Assembly: GCF_964213995.1 (NCBI RefSeq)
Contig: NC_135822.1
Location: 53,010,001-53,074,000, forward strand
Direction of reading: 5' to 3'
DNA from: Mustelus asterias
Taxonomy: Eukaryota
Length of the DNA: 64,000 nucleotides
A model generated the notes under the pieces. It searched no databases. It saw nothing but the letters and a program-made list of their open reading frames with translations, and was not told the DNA's origin. Position numbers and translations under genes: made by a program. Positions 63,064 through 64,000 of the stretch are shown in pieces; position 1 is the stretch's first letter, and each line of letters opens with the position of its first letter.

Positions 63064-63722
63064 AAACTTGATTCTGTGAGATCATAGTTCAAATTTGGCA
63101 CAGTCGACGCAGGCACAATTATGCTCTTTAAAGATATAAAGTGTTTTAGGGCCACGTAACATCCCAAAATTCATTGTAGCCAAGGAAATCCATTGGAGGT
63201 TTAGTCTTGCAATAATCTGATGATCACAGAAACTAGTTTGCAGATACTAACCTACCCAAATGGCAAGAAGTATATGACGAGATAATCTTCTTTTAGTGAC
63301 ATTGGTTAAGGAATAGGTTGAGGCCCAGGGTACAGTGGAAAACACTGTGTTGCTGCTGGGTCACTTGCATCCTCCCATGGGGGCAGGCAAGTCATCTCAT
63401 ATGAAAGAATGCCCGCCCAATAGTACTTATAGGGATTTGCGCAAACTCCCAATCCACGAACTTTTAGTTACCAATTCAGATCTAGCTTCGTATTTGGAGG
63501 AGGGTGGTACAACAAAGAGAAGGCTCCTAGTTGGACATATAATATTATTAGAGTAGACTTAATTTAATGAAGTGGACCTCAATCAACTCCACGCATCAAT
63601 GTGAAATATTATATTTCTACAACTCAACACATACACTGGGATCCTGAAATGAAGATATGTTCTATTTTCGAACAGTAGAAGGGAATAGAAATTCCAAATT
63701 GTTCTTTATATTTACTTCACAG

Positions 63723-63829
63723 AGGCAAAAATGCAAATCAGACAAACAGGAAAGTTGACGTACCTGATCCTTATCTGCAAAAGCATCTTTTATGGGCTAT
63801 TCATCTCAATTCTTGCTTGGAAAACTAAG
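63723..63829 (+). CDS. TRBC: TCR beta constant exon 3 (connecting peptide and transmembrane segment)
   Basis: EAKMQIRQTGKLTYLILICKSIFYGLFISILAWKTK contains the Y-xxxxx-K-xxx-Y TCR transmembrane motif; 107 bp; CAG acceptor and GTAAGA donor. Confidence 0.95.
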
Positions 63830-64000
63830 GTAAGATTAAACTAAGTATGGCAAAATATACATCCTAAAACTTAAACTGGCTTCTTTTTTCTACTCAAGCC
63901 ACGAACAAATATGGTTTTCCTTCAATCGTTGGTGCCTCTGCATACATTTAATGAAAGTCTGCAGATTTTCTTCAGAAAAAATCCAATCCACCATGCATTC

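Noticed and set aside
63966-64000. Possible C-beta exon 4 acceptor TTTTCTTCAG
   Set aside because: The frame KKSNPPCI runs off the window without a stop, so it cannot be confirmed.
1-64000. IgH-like, TAILV or NAR-TCR V segments, CRISPR arrays, prokaryotic systems
   Set aside because: All V segments end in a single 23-type RSS with TCR-beta-like motifs, there is no extra V-D-J supporting cassette, and the sequence is eukaryotic with no repeat-spacer array.

Overview
This is vertebrate genomic DNA from a cartilaginous fish (shark), judged from the HE1-type SINEs and CR1/HER1-type LINEs. It holds the 3' part of a germline T-cell receptor beta (TRB) locus, all on the + strand. The first 29 kb carry eight V segments with 23-bp-type recombination signal sequences (RSS); only one (leader 1906-1942, V exon 2081-2379) is intact and seven are pseudogenes. 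After an assembly gap (31728-32214) come an intronless HCCS retrocopy, one D-beta segment (46765-46777) with 12/23 RSSs, eight clear J-beta segments (47227-51593) plus a few decayed J-like relics, and C-beta exons 1-3 (58937-63829). The last C exon is probably beyond the window. The rest is mostly transposon-derived: nested CR1 LINEs, two SINE families, a Tx1/L1-clade insertion, a Penelope-like element with minimal hammerhead ribozyme motifs, and solo LTRs. I found no wholly new multi-gene system. The most notable points are J motifs and D-promoter layout resembling mammals, AP-1 sites in V RSSs rather than the D RSS, an expanded CAWS-type V family decaying next to D, and several templated rearrangement scars.
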